DNA of 64,000 nt from Rhynchopus sp. YZ270_cl-10 (taxonomy: Eukaryota). Numbering within the stretch: position 1 is the first letter of the stretch; each line of letters starts with the position of its first letter. The DNA is taken from contig OZ037835.1 of the NCBI GenBank assembly GCA_964035575.1, forward strand, positions 124,001 to 188,000, written 5' to 3'. Below are positions 60,955 through 64,000 of the stretch, one piece after another. Below the pieces are notes generated by a model. It was not told the origin of the DNA, made no database searches, and was given only the letters and a program-made list of their open reading frames with translations. The position numbers were made by a program, and so were the translations under genes.

Positions 60955-62630
60955 TAAAAAAACTTCAAAAAGAAAAAAATGAGCTCAACCTTACTAAAAA
61001 GGGAGAGAAAGTTGTTGTGGAAAATCACAAATTATTTTGTGGGATGGTGCGGTTCTTAGTCGTGCAAAAGAAAAAAGCACAAAATAGAAACCGCCAACAA
61101 TAAAGACAATAAAGACAAAAGGGAGAGGTTGTGGTGAAACGCACACATCTCGACCTGTCGGTGAAGTGTGGCTCTACTCCAACCTGCCCCAGAATAGAAA
61201 ATAGAAAAAGTAGGGGGCACGGTGTTCAATTTCCTTTTTAGCGTTGTATGCAATAGGTGCCCCTTCAGTGCACCAGGTACAGCACATCTCTTAAGAAAGT
61301 CGAACATTAGCTAACAGAAAAAGAAAAAAGAAAAAAGAAATAAGGGGAATTTGCCTTTCCCTTCAAGAAATAAAAAAGAAAAGAACACATTCGCACAACC
61401 CTCCACCAGGAAAAGTCGACATCAAAAGTAGAAATTTAGTGTGCAAAAAAAAACGCGAAAAAAACTAGCCTCCTCCCCCGTGAAATTTTCCCCCCTGGAA
61501 GAAAGTGAAGTTATTAATGCAGGCACCTCCGACTGACCCACGTACGATGCCAGCCATCCGGATGAAAGCACAAGTACCCTGCGGCCAACAACAGAAGATG
61601 TAAAAGGAAACCTAATGACTGGCCCGTACCGTAAGAGAACGAGGGCGGTTCACAACCGCTCGTCAGCCGGCGGCCCACCTTCCGTTGAAGAGTTGTGAGC
61701 TTACAGGTACTGCAGTTCGCTGCACCCAACGCTTGATGCACGATAGTCTACACAAGAGAGCAGAAACCCAAAAACACAAAAAGGGGTGGGCGGGGGGTCA
61801 CAACATCTCTCTCTTGGCGCCCCATGCTGTACCGACAGTTGGGCCTCACCCTTTCTCTTAGGGATATACATGGACGTCCTTACAGGCAGCACACCGTAAC
61901 CCAAAGGCGTGGCAGAGAGACTCGTAGAGCGACTCTGGCCTGACCGCTGGCCATTTATGCTCCGGGTGCGAGCACCCATCATAGCATAGGGGGGCCAGCC
62001 TGACCCAGCATTTATATACCTTGCCAGGGTGAACTTGCATAAAAGAGGGCAGGGGCGTTTAAACCCTGAGGACTAGGGGAAGTCCCGCATACCCCAACAG
62101 AAAGACAAAGGCTATGCACTGGTGATATAGGAGAGGCAGGGTTGCTGAAAAACAAAAAGACCCTGAAGGCACAAAAACGCCCCGCATACCCCTCCTCGCC
62201 TCCTGTTTTGTAATCTCTCAGGTAGGAGACATCGGTTCGAGCGGTCAACACCTTCATAGAGTTTCTGGAGGAACGGACCCCCGGATGCAATTTAAGGTCC
62301 AGCCCAGGACCAATTAAAAGTTGAGTAAATTATCTGCGAACAACGTCTCCCTCCATGCTGCGGGGGCACTCGTAAACACTAAATGAACAGAAACAACACA
62401 CTTCAGCTCTTGTTACAAGAAAAGAAGAAAAAGTGAGGGGGGTACAATATCTCGTACTGTAGTGGGGTGACCATTTTGGTGTGAAGAAGGGAGAGCAAAG
62501 GTTGTCCCCGCGACTCCCTTGAAATTGTCCGTCGGGGCAAAATACCGGTTTTTTTTGGGGGGGGCAATTGCACGGGGGAGGGTCGGTATTTCTTTTTTTC
62601 GAATTCAATTTGTTTTTCTTTGGACCCTTT

Positions 62631-63998
62631 TTACACATCCTGTGCATAATCCTCACTACCGCCCTGAGGAGAGGCCAGCCCATTCCCGACGGCACTCATC
62701 CCTCTGAAGGTACGTGCACGTGGCCCCCCTGGACTCACACCAGCACGCCCGGCACCCATGCCCAGCGCTACGGATCTGGTGTTGCGTGCTGGGAGCGAGG
62801 CGGCAAGGTTCTGCTGTGGGAAGCTGACCCCACCCCCTCCCCCTGCTCCCCACCCATCTGCAATGCTGATGCTACTGTTGCTGCCTGGTGGGTCGCTTGG
62901 GGGCACACCACTACCACTCCCAGACACACCAGAAAGAGGCAGATGCACAGCAGACCCCAGCTCTTGCAGCGGGACGGCTGGGGTGTAATACGAGTCTCCT
63001 GCATTTCCCGCATCGACCACACGAGAGAACTCGAGCCCAGAGTCGGCGCCACCAGTCCTTACGCTCAAGCGATTCAGGGCTGCACTGGATTGCGCTAGAT
63101 CAGCAGTACGAGGGCTCAACCCTTGCAGTGAGGAGCGGGTCGTTGAATTGATGGAATCAACCTCGAGCTCCCCAAAGACAGAAAGATAGCCCTTTTCGTC
63201 CACTTCACGCGACGCTCCGGTACGTTGATCATCCTTCGCCCAGAGCGTGTCCTGTGTGATGCGCCTGCGTGAGGATACAATGACATAGATGTCTGACACT
63301 GCATCCACCGCCGCCTTGATCAGAATCGCGACCATCGCAACTGTCAGCACCGTGACAGCGGTTTCGAATCTACTGTCATTCAGATCTTCGCTGTAGTACG
63401 CAAGCCCTTGAAACACCATGGCGGCAGTGGTAGCGAGGTATACCAAGGTGTACAGCGCATTGTCCCGCGGTCTACAATACGGCCGCAACGATCCAACAAA
63501 AATTGCCATGGACAGAAACAGAACAGCAAGCCCCATCCGGAGGTGCCCGCACTGCACGAAATCCGTTGTGTCCGGCACCGTCAGCGCCCCCGCAGCGAAC
63601 ATCATCAAGAAGAAAAACGCACAAAACCACGCAGACGCCTGACGGTACGGACGCACCGGGGACATATGGTTTCTCAACCACAGATCCCCTCGCGACACTG
63701 CCACCCATTCACCTGGACCGAGCAGAATCCTTCCTATCGTCCCCACCTCTGTCCCTGCATACACCGCACTCTTTGGCACCCCTCTCCACACACGGTACAC
63801 CACCCAAAACGGCACTGCAACACAAAAAATCAGGCCAAAAAGACCGGAAAGAAATTGCCCCAAATTGCTTGGATAAATGATAAGGTATTGTGTCACAAAC
63901 ACTGTTCCTTGATACAGCAGTATAAAGACGTACAGCCAGACCGAAGGAAGGCCGCCAAATCCTGCATAATGCGCAAACCCTGAAAGAAACGTTGATCC
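62631..63998 (-). CDS. Multi-pass membrane protein, paralog of 42852-45788 (5' end beyond the window)
   Basis: The frame is open to the window end. Shares LPS..YQG, LLGxGEWV, RPYxQ and CGH motifs. Confidence 0.88.
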   Translation of the reverse strand, partial: GSTFLSGFAHYAGFGGLPSVWLYVFILLYQGTVFVTQYLIIYPSNLGQFLSGLFGLIFCVAVPFWVVYRVWRGVPKSAVYAGTEVGTIGRILLGPGEWVAVSRGDLWLRNHMSPVRPYRQASAWFCAFFFLMMFAAGALTVPDTTDFVQCGHLRMGLAVLFLSMAIFVGSLRPYCRPRDNALYTLVYLATTAAMVFQGLAYYSEDLNDSRFETAVTVLTVAMVAILIKAAVDAVSDIYVIVSSRRRITQDTLWAKDDQRTGASREVDEKGYLSVFGELEVDSINSTTRSSLQGLSPRTADLAQSSAALNRLSVRTGGADSGLEFSRVVDAGNAGDSYYTPAVPLQELGSAVHLPLSGVSGSGSGVPPSDPPGSNSSISIADGWGAGGGGGVSFPQQNLAASLPARNTRSVALGMGAGRAGVSPGGPRARTFRGMSAVGNGLASPQGGSEDYAQDV

Positions 63999-64000
63999 CG

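Overview
Eukaryotic, repeat-rich genomic DNA, most likely from a euglenozoan protist (diplomenid/diplonemid-like). This rests on an LSU rRNA fragment reading GGTTGGTTTTACCCTACT and on the gene families present. Bases 1-20.5 kb are two near-identical tandem copies of a ~10.95 kb unit. Each copy holds nested non-autonomous DNA transposons, microsatellites, a small gene pair and a 116-bp LSU rRNA fragment. Bases 21-37 kb are a birth-and-death cluster of ubiquitin-like + leucine-rich-repeat (UBL-LRR) genes and pseudogenes. They are interleaved with two tandem receptor-type class III nucleotidyl cyclase-like genes that differ almost only in the extracellular sensor region. Bases 37-64 kb hold two members of a multi-pass membrane protein family (the complete one has a LamG-like domain and mucin stalk), many MITEs, a TIR-less dispersed repeat, and a 14-bp minisatellite whose unexpanded seed survives in a paralogous segment. 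All host genes lie on the minus strand. No CRISPR array, tRNA or intact transposase was found. Most short ORFs in the track are spurious. All domain and family calls are by eye, with no database search.
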